Shown here: piece by piece, positions 1-9,859 of the stretch
Layout: each line of letters opens with the position of its first letter
Numbering within the stretch: position 1 is the stretch's first letter
Virus record (IMG/VR): IMGVR_UViG_3300028569_000020
Location: 30,543 to 94,542 of that record
DNA from: a virus
Strand: one strand, 5' to 3'
DNA length: 64,000 nt
Translations under genes and position numbers: made by a program
Notes under the pieces: model-generated
What the model was told of the DNA's origin: nothing
The model's database searches: none
What the model saw: only the letters and a program-made list of their open reading frames with translations

Positions 1-2
1 GT

Positions 3-3000
3 TTTATTTCTCAAAATGGATTTGCTTGGAGATATGCAGTAGCATATCCAGATCAAAATGGTATTCCTGGTAAAGGAAGAATCAATTTAACAGTAGGAAG
101 TAGTATTGTTACTGGAAATTTATCAACAAGATTTTTAACTGAAATCCAAGTTGGTTGGTATATTAAAGTAGCAAACAATAATTACAAAGTAATCAATATA
201 TCATCAAATGATCAATTAACATTAGACGCTCCGATAAGTAGCGGAAATGGTGCTTTACTATCAATTTATAAAATCATTCCACCAAAGGAAAGAATTTTCT
301 TATCACCGTATACACAAAACTGCTCCTGCATATCAAAATTAGGTAGAGCAGTTTTTGATCCAGTTACTCAAACATATGACGCAACTAAAACTAGAGCTGG
401 AGGTTTATTAGCAGATGGCGCTCAGTTAGATTCAAATAGTCCGTTAGAATCTATGGTCGTTGATGCATTTACACAAGTTGTATTTGGATCTATTGGATTC
501 CACATGAAAAATGATGCTTACTCTCAATTAGTATCTGTTTTCCAAGTTTTTGGAAGTGTTGGTGTGCTTTGCGAGTCTGGTGGTTACGCTTCAATTACAA
601 ACTCAGCCACAAATTTTGGTTTTGAAGGATTAAAAGCAGTTGGATTTTCTGATAATGTATTGCCAATATTTGCTAATGGACGAGTTTCAGCAATACAAAA
701 TATTACAAAAACTGATATAAACCAAGCGCCAAGTGAAATTATTAGTACCACTTTTTCTTCTGCTGCAGGAAACACAAAAGTAAGAGTTAGTATTGAAGTT
801 TCTATTAATAATATTAGTAAATTTGAAAGAGGGCAAGCGGTAACTATTTCTGAGCATATTTCTACGCCAGTAATTAATGGAGTGTCACGAATTATTGATA
901 CAGTAGATTTTCAAAGTAATATAATTACTTTCGTTTTGGATACAGCGTGGAATAGTAATTACGTAAATACTTCTGGTACAAGCACAGGTCAGATTATAAT
1001 TGCTAGCGGATCAGTATTTACAAAAGTTAGTGTAACTGGATATCAAGCGCCGCCAATTCCAAATTTTATTATAAAAATTCCTGGACTTGGATTAGATCCA
1101 AATCAAAATCAACAAACTGTAGGAGAATTAATTTCATATACTCCTGGAGTAAATACAGAATTCACTACCAATTTTCCACTATCAAATGCACAAGTTGCGG
1201 CAGTAGCAAATAATGCGCAAATTGAATTATTTGCACCATCTTCAGTAAACAGTTCTGGACATACTTTTGAATATGTTGGATCTGGTATTAATTATACTGC
1301 TTTTCCACAAAACGGTGGAATAAATATTCCCCGTACTCAAAGTGTAGAAGTTAATTCAGGAAAATGTTATGTAAGTGCTACAGATCAAAGTGGCAACTTT
1401 AGTGTAGGCCCATTTTTTAATGTTGACCTAAAAAGCGGAAAAGTTACATTTTCTGGATCTGTTGCTCTGGGAGTGTTAGATTCTTTGCAACTTAAAGGAT
1501 CACCTGGAGTACCTATTTTTAAATTTTCCCCTGATAATAATTTAGGCGGAGCAACTGGATCGGCAGATACGGTTTTACCAACACAAAAAGCAGTAAGAGA
1601 TTATATCAGTAAATCTTCTGTATTAGGAAACTTTGTTGGTTTAAACAAAGGTACTGCTCAAATACCTGGATTGATAGTACAATTAGATTCAACTGGTAAG
1701 ATTGATGTTTCTCAATTACCAGCTGCACAACAATTTGTAGTATATACTATAGAAACAGAAATTGAAAGACTACAAGATTATATTCCTATTTCAAATAAAA
1801 CATTAGTATCAAATACTACATTTACTATAACTTTAAATAGTGTTATCGGTCTAACGGATGGACTTTTACTATCAGGAAATAATATACCGACAAACACAAG
1901 AATTAGTATTGGTGGAATTGATGTAGTAAATAAAGTAATTACGGTTAATCAATCATTACCAACTTTGAGTGTTGGACAAAATATTGGGTTTATTGGCAAC
2001 GCAATAAAAGCTGGCGATATAGCAATTCAAAAAAATGAAATAGATGGTAATCCAAATACAGTTTTACAGACTTGGATTTCTACTGGTTTACCAGCGACAG
2101 ATCCTAATAATTGGGAATTGTTGTCATTAAACCAATTAGATGCTGTCGCAATTGTATCTGGTATTATTTCTCCATCTAGATTAGGAACAGGAACTCCTAA
2201 TGAAGATACGTATTTAAGTGGTATTAGTAAATATACTCCAGTTGTAAAAGGTATTTCGCTACCAGCAAATTCAGCAATTACTGCATCTGGCAACAAGGAA
2301 ATTATAAAAAAAATTGGAGTCGCAAAAAATATTTCTTCTGCCACTTGGAATTCATCAACCAATAAAATTACTTTCAATACTACAACTTCACATCTATTAA
2401 ATAATAATGATGTAGTAGAAGTTGAAGTTATTCAACCAGATACTTTTAATGGCACATATACAGTAACAATTATTGATACAGATACATTTACTGTTAACAA
2501 AACAACAAATCCTGGTAGTTATCTTGGTGGTGGTCAAGTAACATATGGAGAATTACAACAAAGCGGATTTGTTGAATTAAATGTGCAGTCAGCTTCATAT
2601 TCATCAGGTCAAACTACAGGATCTAGTTCTATTGGAGTAGCAAGATATAAGTTTAGTCTTTTTGATATCAATCCACAAAATGTGATTGATTTAAAAGAAA
2701 AAAGTATTACACTTGGTAAATTACAAAATATTGTTCCTCGATCTATTTTAGGAAACGTAGGAAATACAGCATCAAACCCCGACGAAATACTTATCGGTGT
2801 TGGTATATCTGGTGTAACTACTTTCAAAATTACTTTAAATGCAAATAGGTATCAAGTCACAGATTCAAACATTTCACAAAATTTGGGAGTATTGCCTGAT
2901 TTACAAATGATTCCTGGAAAGGAATATGTTTTTGATTTGGGTGATATAACTGGGCATCCATTTAATATTGTTACTTCGCCTGGAGCAATCGGTGCTAATC

Positions 3001-3470
3001 TATACACAACTGGTGTAGTTGGTAATGGCAACACATCAAATAGTATTGTAACCTTTACGGTGCCACAAAATGTTCCACCGTTTTTATACTATCAATCAGG
3101 AATTAATGCTGATAATTATGGTATATTAAAAGTAGTAAAGATTTCTGATACTTTAGAAGTAGTAAATTCAACATCTTCTGCTACTATAACTTTAGATAGT
3201 TTTGGTGTTACTAACATAAACACAGCAAAATATCTTATTCAAATTAAAAATAATGTAAATAATTATTTTCACTCAACCGAATTAATGTTATTACACGATG
3301 GTAATGATGTTTATCTATCAGAATATTCTACAATACACAACAATAGATTACTTGGTGCATTCAGTGCAGATATTTTTAGTGGTAACGTTAGATTACGTTA
3401 CACCCCAGCATTTGATGGTAATGATTATTTAAACAATATCATTATTCAAAAAAACTACGTAATTAGTTGA
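3..3470 (+). CDS. Large tail-fibre/virion appendage protein, 5'-truncated by the window edge
   Basis: Frame 3 is open from base 3 (FISQNGFAWRY...SPYTQNCSCIS...SMVVDAFTQ), so the ATG at 453 is internal. It is T/S/G/N-rich and shares modules with ORF 9860 (SGHTFEYVGSG; TDQSGNF; PTQKAV) and a C-terminal domain with ORF 6825. Confidence 0.75.
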   Translation, partial: FISQNGFAWRYAVAYPDQNGIPGKGRINLTVGSSIVTGNLSTRFLTEIQVGWYIKVANNNYKVINISSNDQLTLDAPISSGNGALLSIYKIIPPKERIFLSPYTQNCSCISKLGRAVFDPVTQTYDATKTRAGGLLADGAQLDSNSPLESMVVDAFTQVVFGSIGFHMKNDAYSQLVSVFQVFGSVGVLCESGGYASITNSATNFGFEGLKAVGFSDNVLPIFANGRVSAIQNITKTDINQAPSEIISTTFSSAAGNTKVRVSIEVSINNISKFERGQAVTISEHISTPVINGVSRIIDTVDFQSNIITFVLDTAWNSNYVNTSGTSTGQIIIASGSVFTKVSVTGYQAPPIPNFIIKIPGLGLDPNQNQQTVGELISYTPGVNTEFTTNFPLSNAQVAAVANNAQIELFAPSSVNSSGHTFEYVGSGINYTAFPQNGGINIPRTQSVEVNSGKCYVSATDQSGNFSVGPFFNVDLKSGKVTFSGSVALGVLDSLQLKGSPGVPIFKFSPDNNLGGATGSADTVLPTQKAVRDYISKSSVLGNFVGLNKGTAQIPGLIVQLDSTGKIDVSQLPAAQQFVVYTIETEIERLQDYIPISNKTLVSNTTFTITLNSVIGLTDGLLLSGNNIPTNTRISIGGIDVVNKVITVNQSLPTLSVGQNIGFIGNAIKAGDIAIQKNEIDGNPNTVLQTWISTGLPATDPNNWELLSLNQLDAVAIVSGIISPSRLGTGTPNEDTYLSGISKYTPVVKGISLPANSAITASGNKEIIKKIGVAKNISSATWNSSTNKITFNTTTSHLLNNNDVVEVEVIQPDTFNGTYTVTIIDTDTFTVNKTTNPGSYLGGGQVTYGELQQSGFVELNVQSASYSSGQTTGSSSIGVARYKFSLFDINPQNVIDLKEKSITLGKLQNIVPRSILGNVGNTASNPDEILIGVGISGVTTFKITLNANRYQVTDSNISQNLGVLPDLQMIPGKEYVFDLGDITGHPFNIVTSPGAIGANLYTTGVVGNGNTSNSIVTFTVPQNVPPFLYYQSGINADNYGILKVVKISDTLEVVNSTSSATITLDSFGVTNINTAKYLIQIKNNVNNYFHSTELMLLHDGNDVYLSEYSTIHNNRLLGAFSADIFSGNVRLRYTPAFDGNDYLNNIIIQKNYVIS

Positions 3471-3482
3471 CAAGTGTGCTAT

Positions 3483-3490
3483 AATAAATA
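3483..3490 (+). promoter_or_regulatory. T4-type late promoter (AATAAATA)
   Basis: Matches the gp55-dependent late consensus TATAAATA/(N)ATAAATA, about 25 nt upstream of ORF 3514. Confidence 0.6.
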
Positions 3491-3513
3491 TACCGTGTTG
3501 TTATTAAAAACCT

Positions 3514-3720
3514 ATGGACACTACTGCATTGAAAGAAAATTTTGATAATCAATTAAAAGAAATTGACGAAAAACTGACTCAAATTCAAAGTGAATTAAAC
3601 AAAGCGCAAGAGTATAAATTAAAACTTCAAGGAGGTTTAGAAACTCTTGAATTATTAGAAAAACAAACTGAAGAATCAGAAATTGAAGATCTAGGTGATT
3701 TACCAGAAGAGACAATTTAA
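3514..3720 (+). CDS. Small acidic coiled-coil protein
   Basis: 68 aa with a heptad L/I pattern (LKEIDEKLTQIQSELNK), flanked by a late promoter and a terminator. Confidence 0.65.
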   Translation: MDTTALKENFDNQLKEIDEKLTQIQSELNKAQEYKLKLQGGLETLELLEKQTEESEIEDLGDLPEETI

Positions 3721-3730
3721 CATTAATGAT

Positions 3731-3763
3731 ACCCCTCGTATAAATAAATGCGAGGGGTTTTTT
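3731..3763 (+). terminator. Intrinsic terminator with late promoter TATAAATA (3739-3746) in its loop
   Basis: Stem ACCCCTCGTA/TGCGAGGGGT followed by a T-tract. Confidence 0.75.
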
Positions 3764-3776
3764 GTGGGAAAAATTA

Positions 3777-4109
3777 ATGGCGGCTATTCCTATTAACTTA
3801 GTAGTGGAGCAAAAAGCAGACTTTGAAGCAACATTTAATATTACTTCTGTAAACAATGTAGCTTTAAATTTAACTGGTTACACTGCAGAGTCTAAAATTA
3901 AAAAACATTATTCTTCAACTAGTGTAAATAACTTTGGTGTTACGTTTTTAAGTAGGCTCGATGGGAAGTTAAAACTATCTATGAGTAGTTTTGCTACTAG
4001 TCTTCTAAAACCAGGAAGATATTCATATGATATTTTAATTATTTCTTCTGGTGGTGTAAAAACTAGAGTTGTAGAAGGGCAAGTAACAGTAACTCCTGGT
4101 ATTAGTTAA
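3777..4109 (+). CDS. Conserved virion structural protein (BppU-like beta-sandwich)
   Basis: Motifs LNLTGYT..SKIKK, LKPGRYSYDILI and RVVEGQVTVTPG. ATG 3777 is preferred over 3762, which lies in the terminator tail. Confidence 0.6.
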   Translation: MAAIPINLVVEQKADFEATFNITSVNNVALNLTGYTAESKIKKHYSSTSVNNFGVTFLSRLDGKLKLSMSSFATSLLKPGRYSYDILIISSGGVKTRVVEGQVTVTPGIS

Positions 4110-4450
4110 TGGCAGAAGAATTTCAAGTTTCTATGAGTTATAATAATGTTACTAGCGTTACATTAGAATCATCAACAAACACACAAGTATCAACTTCATA
4201 TATCGTGGCAGATAACTTAGATGATTTAGGTAATGTAGATACTTCTGCATTAGATAAAATAGGAAATAGCACTAACCATTATGTTATGGTATATGACGGC
4301 GTTGCAAAAAAATATAAATTTGTAAATCCAGATGTTGTTTTATCTTCTGCAGCTACCGAACCTACTCAACCTGGATTACCTCAAGATTTTATAAATGAAT
4401 TAGATATAGTGATGGACAATAAAGTAAATCTTGATGGTGGAACGTTTTAA
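4109..4450 (+). CDS. Small virion structural protein ending in LDGGTF
   Basis: TAATG coupling to the previous gene; LDDLGNVD repeat-like motif typical of fibre-associated proteins. Confidence 0.6.
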   Translation: MAEEFQVSMSYNNVTSVTLESSTNTQVSTSYIVADNLDDLGNVDTSALDKIGNSTNHYVMVYDGVAKKYKFVNPDVVLSSAATEPTQPGLPQDFINELDIVMDNKVNLDGGTF

Positions 4451-4500
4451 TTATTCTGTTTAATAAATAGTAAAAGAAATAGTATCGATAGGATATTTAA

Positions 4501-5997
4501 ATGGCAGCACCAACAATTAAATTCAAAAGGGGCTTGCAAGCAAATTTGCCTGCGTTGGCAGCTGGAGAACCAGCATTCGTAAGCGATGAATATAATTTTT
4601 ACTTGGGTCTAGATGGCAACGCTAACACTAACAAATTTTTTGGTAGTTCTAGATATTGGGTAAAAGAGACTGCTTCGGTTGGGCAGTCTGTTAAATTGCA
4701 CTCAAAAACTGGTGCTGGCGGCGGCGGCAGTGTTTTATTAAAAGCTCCAGATACATCAGCAGTAGATACTACATATACTCTTCCTGCTGCTCCTACAGAA
4801 AATTATTTTCTCAAAACTAATGCTAGTGGAGTCCTTACGTGGGCAGAAGTTGTAAGTAACTTAACTATTGCAGCTGATAGTGGCACAGCGGATAGTGTCA
4901 ACACAGGAGAAACTATTACGTTTACTGGTGGAGAAGGTATTGATACCTCAGTAACAAATAACGTAATTACTATTGCTGCAGAGTTAGCAACTAGTGCGAA
5001 TGCTGGTGTTGCTACTTTCTCTGCCACAGACTTTCTGGTTACTGCTGGAGATGTAACTCTTGTACACGAAGCAGTTCAAGATATCGTTGGTGCCATGGTG
5101 GTCTCCAACTCCGAATCTGGTATTTCTGTAACATATGATGATCCTAATCATAAGTTAGATTTCAACGTTGCTGATTTTACCGTTACTCTTGCTGGTGATT
5201 TGAGTGGTAGCGTAACTATCACCGATCTTGCCAGTGGCACTCTAACAGCAACAATCGTAGCAAATTCAGTTGCTCTTGGCACTGATACAACTGGTCAATA
5301 CGCTTCTACAATTAGTGGTGGATCTGGATTAACCGCAACAGATGCGGGTGCTGATGATGCCACTGCTTACACAATTGCGGTTGGTGCTGGTGAAGGTATT
5401 ACAGTTAATGCTGATGACGTTGCTTTAAAGAACGGCACCAACTTAGTAAATAATACTGTAATCGGTTGGGACGATACTAATAATCAATTAGTAAACTCAC
5501 CAGTTACTTACAGTAGTAACGATGTTGCGATTGCTGGTGACTTAACTGTTACTGGTAACGATATTAAATCAAGTGGTGGCACAACTGCCCTGACTCTTTC
5601 TGGAGCAAACGTAACAGTCGCTGGTAATCTCACGGTTTCTGGTAGCACAACTACTGTTAACTCAACCATCACAACATTTGATGACCCTGTTTTAGAATTG
5701 GGTTTGGTTTCTGGTAGTGCGCCTACGACGGCAACCTCAATTGACCTTGGTTTGAGATTCCACTATTATGATTCTTCTGCTAAGACATCTTCGATGTTTT
5801 GGGATGGAAACGCTGGATTTATCTTTGTAGATGCTACAACGGAAGCTGCTGGACCACAACTAACAGGCACGTTGGCACATGTCCAACTAAAAGGTCTTTG
5901 GATGGGTGCTTACGGCACCGCAACCAATCAAGTTTTGAATAATAACAGCGGCACCTTCGAGTTAATCAATACACTCGTTGATGGCGGTACATTCTAA
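4501..5997 (+). CDS. Tail fibre protein with Mtd_N-like N-terminus
   Basis: N-terminal IKFKRG...LAAGEP, T/G/A-rich shaft repeats, C-terminal DGGTF; late promoter AATAAATA at 4462. Confidence 0.7.
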   Translation: MAAPTIKFKRGLQANLPALAAGEPAFVSDEYNFYLGLDGNANTNKFFGSSRYWVKETASVGQSVKLHSKTGAGGGGSVLLKAPDTSAVDTTYTLPAAPTENYFLKTNASGVLTWAEVVSNLTIAADSGTADSVNTGETITFTGGEGIDTSVTNNVITIAAELATSANAGVATFSATDFLVTAGDVTLVHEAVQDIVGAMVVSNSESGISVTYDDPNHKLDFNVADFTVTLAGDLSGSVTITDLASGTLTATIVANSVALGTDTTGQYASTISGGSGLTATDAGADDATAYTIAVGAGEGITVNADDVALKNGTNLVNNTVIGWDDTNNQLVNSPVTYSSNDVAIAGDLTVTGNDIKSSGGTTALTLSGANVTVAGNLTVSGSTTTVNSTITTFDDPVLELGLVSGSAPTTATSIDLGLRFHYYDSSAKTSSMFWDGNAGFIFVDATTEAAGPQLTGTLAHVQLKGLWMGAYGTATNQVLNNNSGTFELINTLVDGGTF

Positions 5998-6013
5998 ATA
6001 TAAAGAGTAAATT

Positions 6014-6235
6014 ATGTCAAATGATGTTGAGATTGATTACGCTTCATTAATTCAAGTTTATCAAAAACGATTATCGGATTCGATACAACAAAATATTATT
6101 CTGGAGACTAGAGGTAATATTCTAACACAGACAGTAAATTCTCTCAGAGAAAAAATTACCGAGTTAGAAGAAAGTAAATCCACTAGTACAACGAAGAAAA
6201 AAACAGTAAATACTGTTTCAGAAGACTTTACATAA
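6014..6235 (+). CDS. Small coiled-coil protein
   Basis: 73 aa heptad pattern; CTAAATA late motif at 5994. Confidence 0.6.
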   Translation: MSNDVEIDYASLIQVYQKRLSDSIQQNIILETRGNILTQTVNSLREKITELEESKSTSTTKKKTVNTVSEDFT

Positions 6236-6276
6236 AGTCTGCCCTCCGCTAAATAGCACCACTGAGAGGAAGCCAT

Positions 6277-6807
6277 ATGGCAGCACCTAAAATTAGAATT
6301 AAACGTACTGCTGTACCTGGGAAACTTCCTGAGGTGGGGCAGCTTGACTTAGGTGAACTAGCCATTAATACTTTTGAAGGTAAGTTATTCCTCAAGAAAA
6401 ATCGTGATGGCGTAGAATCGATTATTGATGTTGGCGGTGCTACTAGTCTCGCTGGCAATAGTGGCGAATTTCAATTCAATAATAATGGAGCATATGGTGC
6501 GTCAACCAATTTGTCTTGGGATGGATATTATGTAACTGCGACTAATTTAAAACTATTGGGCACTCTGACTGCTAGTGGCAGCACAGGGTCAGCGGGTAAT
6601 GTTCTAGCAACAACAGGAGCTGGAGTTCAATGGGTTGAGATTCCTGGTCTTGCTTTGTTTCCGACTGGCGATTACAATGCCAACTCAAATCCTAATAATC
6701 CGCTTGAAAACACAGTGGATGCTTTTGGTATATCTACAATTGCGTTTTGGGATTGTATGGGACCAGAAGGCAAAATATATCAAGTTGATTTAGAAACTAC
6801 AGTATAA
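6277..6807 (+). CDS. Short fibre/virion protein with Mtd_N-like N-terminus
   Basis: IRIKRT..PGKLP....LDLGELAINT..GKLFLK N-terminus; GAGGA RBS. Confidence 0.65.
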   Translation: MAAPKIRIKRTAVPGKLPEVGQLDLGELAINTFEGKLFLKKNRDGVESIIDVGGATSLAGNSGEFQFNNNGAYGASTNLSWDGYYVTATNLKLLGTLTASGSTGSAGNVLATTGAGVQWVEIPGLALFPTGDYNANSNPNNPLENTVDAFGISTIAFWDCMGPEGKIYQVDLETTV

Positions 6808-6824
6808 TATTATAGGAAAAAATA

Positions 6825-8297
6825 ATGGCAACCCAAGTACAGTTTAGAAGAGGCACGGCAACACAAAATAATAATTTTACTGGTGTTGCTGGAGAGTTAT
6901 CAGTAAATTTAAGTAACTATTCTCTTCGTCTGCACGATGGTGTAACTGCTGGTGGTTATGAAATAGCACGGGCAAATATGTCCAACGCAAATTTCGGAGC
7001 GACTGTTTTACCTTCCAGCAATACTACTTACAATCTTGGATCTGCTTCATTTAAATTTGCTAATATTTTTTCACAAACATTTACTGGTGCTTTAGTTGGC
7101 AATGCTGATAGCGCAACTAAATTAATAACAGCAAGAAATATTAACGGTGTTGCTTTTGATGGCACCCAAAACATCACCATCGAAGCAGCAATTGATAAAA
7201 CTCTTACTATCGGTAATGGATTATCGGGCACACTATTTGATGGTAGTGCTGATGTAACGGTTGCTATTAAAAATGGAGATAATCTTTCACAAAATAAATT
7301 AACGAAGTGGAATGATACAGATAATCAATTTACTAATTCTATTATTGATGATGATGGTGCTTTAGCAACTGTATCTGGCAACTTAACTATTACTGGAAAT
7401 TTGCTTGTTAGTGGTCTTACTACTACTATTAGCACAACTGATTTAGCAGTTACTGATAAGGTAATTATTATTGGCAGCGGCACCACAACAGCAGCAGCTG
7501 CTGATGGATCTGGTTTTAATATTGGCACCACTGGCGTAACACTGACATATAATCATGGTTATACTTCGTGGTCATCAACGGAAAGTTGGAATCTTGTTGA
7601 AGGAAAAACTTATAAGATTAATGGCACTACTGTAATAGGGTCAACTGCCCTTGGTAGTAATATTGTTTCATCCAGTCTAACATCGGTAGGAACAATCACA
7701 ACAGGAGTTTGGAATGCTACGATAGTATCTCCTACCTATGGTGGCACAGGAGTAAATAACGGCACTAAAACGATTACTCTTGGGGGTGATTTTACTCATA
7801 GCGGTGCTCATACTTTAGGATTAACAACCATCGCAAATACCAGTTTAACTTTACCAACAACTGGCACTCTTGCTACTTTAAATAATGTAGAAACTTTAAC
7901 AAATAAAACTTTAGATAATCCAACTTTATTGAATCCAACATTAGGAAATGCTGCTGTAACTACAGTATTACTTAATGAAGTTGCTGTTTATGCGTCCGCT
8001 GCAAACACTACAACAGCAACAACGCAATACACTATTCTTCCTCTTTCTGCGACTACATACTCTTCAGTGGAATATTTGATTCAAGCAAAATCTGGAAGCA
8101 ACACACACGTATCAAAACTTCTTTTGATACACAACGGCACTGACGTAACAATAACTGAGCAAAATAGTTTAACATCTGATGTATACTTAGCATCATATTC
8201 AGCTGATATTAATTCTACCAATATTCGTCTTTTAGTTACACCAGCATCAGCAACTGCTACTACTGTCAAAGTAGTAGCAACTGCTATTAAATCATAA
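6825..8297 (+). CDS. Tail fibre protein (Mtd_N-like N-terminus, shared C-terminal domain)
   Basis: MATQVQFRRGT...GELSV...LRLHDG..AGG; ARNINGVAFDG repeat; C-terminal YLIQ...LLIHNG...SADI domain. Confidence 0.72.
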   Translation: MATQVQFRRGTATQNNNFTGVAGELSVNLSNYSLRLHDGVTAGGYEIARANMSNANFGATVLPSSNTTYNLGSASFKFANIFSQTFTGALVGNADSATKLITARNINGVAFDGTQNITIEAAIDKTLTIGNGLSGTLFDGSADVTVAIKNGDNLSQNKLTKWNDTDNQFTNSIIDDDGALATVSGNLTITGNLLVSGLTTTISTTDLAVTDKVIIIGSGTTTAAAADGSGFNIGTTGVTLTYNHGYTSWSSTESWNLVEGKTYKINGTTVIGSTALGSNIVSSSLTSVGTITTGVWNATIVSPTYGGTGVNNGTKTITLGGDFTHSGAHTLGLTTIANTSLTLPTTGTLATLNNVETLTNKTLDNPTLLNPTLGNAAVTTVLLNEVAVYASAANTTTATTQYTILPLSATTYSSVEYLIQAKSGSNTHVSKLLLIHNGTDVTITEQNSLTSDVYLASYSADINSTNIRLLVTPASATATTVKVVATAIKS

Positions 8298-8332
8298 ATA
8301 TTTCTAACACTATACGGGGAGAGTGATCCGTT

Positions 8333-9061
8333 ATGGCTACGTACAACAAAGAATTTACCGTAAAAAACGGGCTGGTTGTTGAAAATAACAACGCAGTAAA
8401 ATTAAGCACCAATGTAGGCACACTTAGATTTGTGTCTCTTAAAGCTCCATCCAGTTTAACTGGAAATTATACACTAACATTTCCAGTTGATGATGGCGCA
8501 GCAAATGAGATGCTCATTACCGATGGTAATGGTATACTTTCTTGGGGAAAAGTTAATACCATTAACATGTTACCTAACTCGGTAACTCCAACAATTTTAG
8601 AAAATACTGGAGATTTTATAATAAATTCTTTAAGTTTAAATAGAATAAAAGCAACTGGTGATATCATTATTGACCCAAATAATGATAACGGCGTTACGGG
8701 TATAGTGGAGATTAAAGGAGATCTTATTGTTAGAGGCAGTAATAATATTTCTGCAGGAGCAAGTTATAATATAGAGACACAAGATTTTTTAGCACAAGTA
8801 TCAGGTAGATACCTTGTAAACACATCAGTATATTCAGAAGATATTACTGTAACTTTACCCGTATCTCCTAATGTAGGAAATACTATTTCTTTTGCCGACA
8901 CGGCAAATACATGGGACGCTTATAATGTTATTTTAGATGCAGGGTTAGGCAAAACATTTCAAGATAAAACTGGCGATGTAGATAGCCCATATATTTTAGA
9001 CGTTGCTGGTGTTGCGGTAACAATTGTTTGGACAGGATCATTGTGGAAAGTATTTGCATAA
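8333..9061 (+). CDS. Virion structural/fibre protein
   Basis: KEFTVKNGL N-terminus; TVTLP.SP.VG..I.F.D beta-domain ending in TGSLWKV; late motif CATAAATA at 8293. Confidence 0.6.
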   Translation: MATYNKEFTVKNGLVVENNNAVKLSTNVGTLRFVSLKAPSSLTGNYTLTFPVDDGAANEMLITDGNGILSWGKVNTINMLPNSVTPTILENTGDFIINSLSLNRIKATGDIIIDPNNDNGVTGIVEIKGDLIVRGSNNISAGASYNIETQDFLAQVSGRYLVNTSVYSEDITVTLPVSPNVGNTISFADTANTWDAYNVILDAGLGKTFQDKTGDVDSPYILDVAGVAVTIVWTGSLWKVFA

Positions 9062-9133
9062 GTAAAAAATTATTATAAATACTTTTGACAATATAAATAA
9101 AATTGATTTAGATAACTCATACTGGGGTTTTAG

Positions 9134-9799
9134 ATGGCACTTTATTTAAGTGAATCACAATCAAGTAGTTCTGGCGGTGGAGGTGGAAGTATGTATTCAT
9201 ACTTCAATACTTCAAATCGATTTACTTTTCATGCGCTTTCAAGAAATTCTGATGGTATGTTGGTTTACACCAAAACAAACACAGCGGATACAGATTCTAT
9301 TGACGTTTTTAACGTTGATGGTACGCAACAATTAGATCTTATGAATGCAATTGACAATGTAGTTGAGGTCGGTGCTGTACAATCATTATCATTCATATCT
9401 GGTGGTATTCCAGTTGATACTGATGCTAATGTTACTTATACAGTGCTTGATTTAACAGGTAATGCAGATGGAGAAGGATTAAATTCTGGTGGTGGGGTAG
9501 GATTAAACTTATTAATCACTAGAAATTCATTAGGATTGATTTCAAACATTGAAATTCATAATCGTGGCGCTTTTTTCAGTCCAAATGAAACGGTAACTGT
9601 TTCATCTTCTAAAATTAATGACGTTACAGATTTAACTATTCAAGTTAAGACAATCGTTAAATCTTTCAGTAATGATGAAAACAATGATAAATACCAACAG
9701 TATAAGTTTGATGCAAGAAAGATAACATATTTCGTTGATGACGAAGGTTATTTTGTTGCTAGATTTGGCACTTACGATTATACTGTAGGACCAAAATAA
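9134..9799 (+). CDS. Virion structural protein (baseplate/fibre associated)
   Basis: FHALSR..DGML.YTK and YQQYKFD.RK..YFVDD.GYFVAR motifs; two TATAAATA late promoters (9074, 9092). Confidence 0.6.
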   Translation: MALYLSESQSSSSGGGGGSMYSYFNTSNRFTFHALSRNSDGMLVYTKTNTADTDSIDVFNVDGTQQLDLMNAIDNVVEVGAVQSLSFISGGIPVDTDANVTYTVLDLTGNADGEGLNSGGGVGLNLLITRNSLGLISNIEIHNRGAFFSPNETVTVSSSKINDVTDLTIQVKTIVKSFSNDENNDKYQQYKFDARKITYFVDDEGYFVARFGTYDYTVGPK

Positions 9800-9859
9800 T
9801 TGCCAATCTTGGCACAAACGTTTTTCTATCCAACACGGATTCAATAAGGGAATTAAAAA

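Noticed and set aside
3467-3485. TTGACA...TATAAT as a canonical sigma70 promoter
   Set aside because: The spacer is only 7 nt; at most an extended -10 (TGCTATAAT) overlapping the late motif.
4501-8297. Diversity-generating retroelement suggested by the Mtd_N-like N-termini
   Set aside because: No reverse transcriptase and no template/variable repeat pair differing at adenines was visible in the window.
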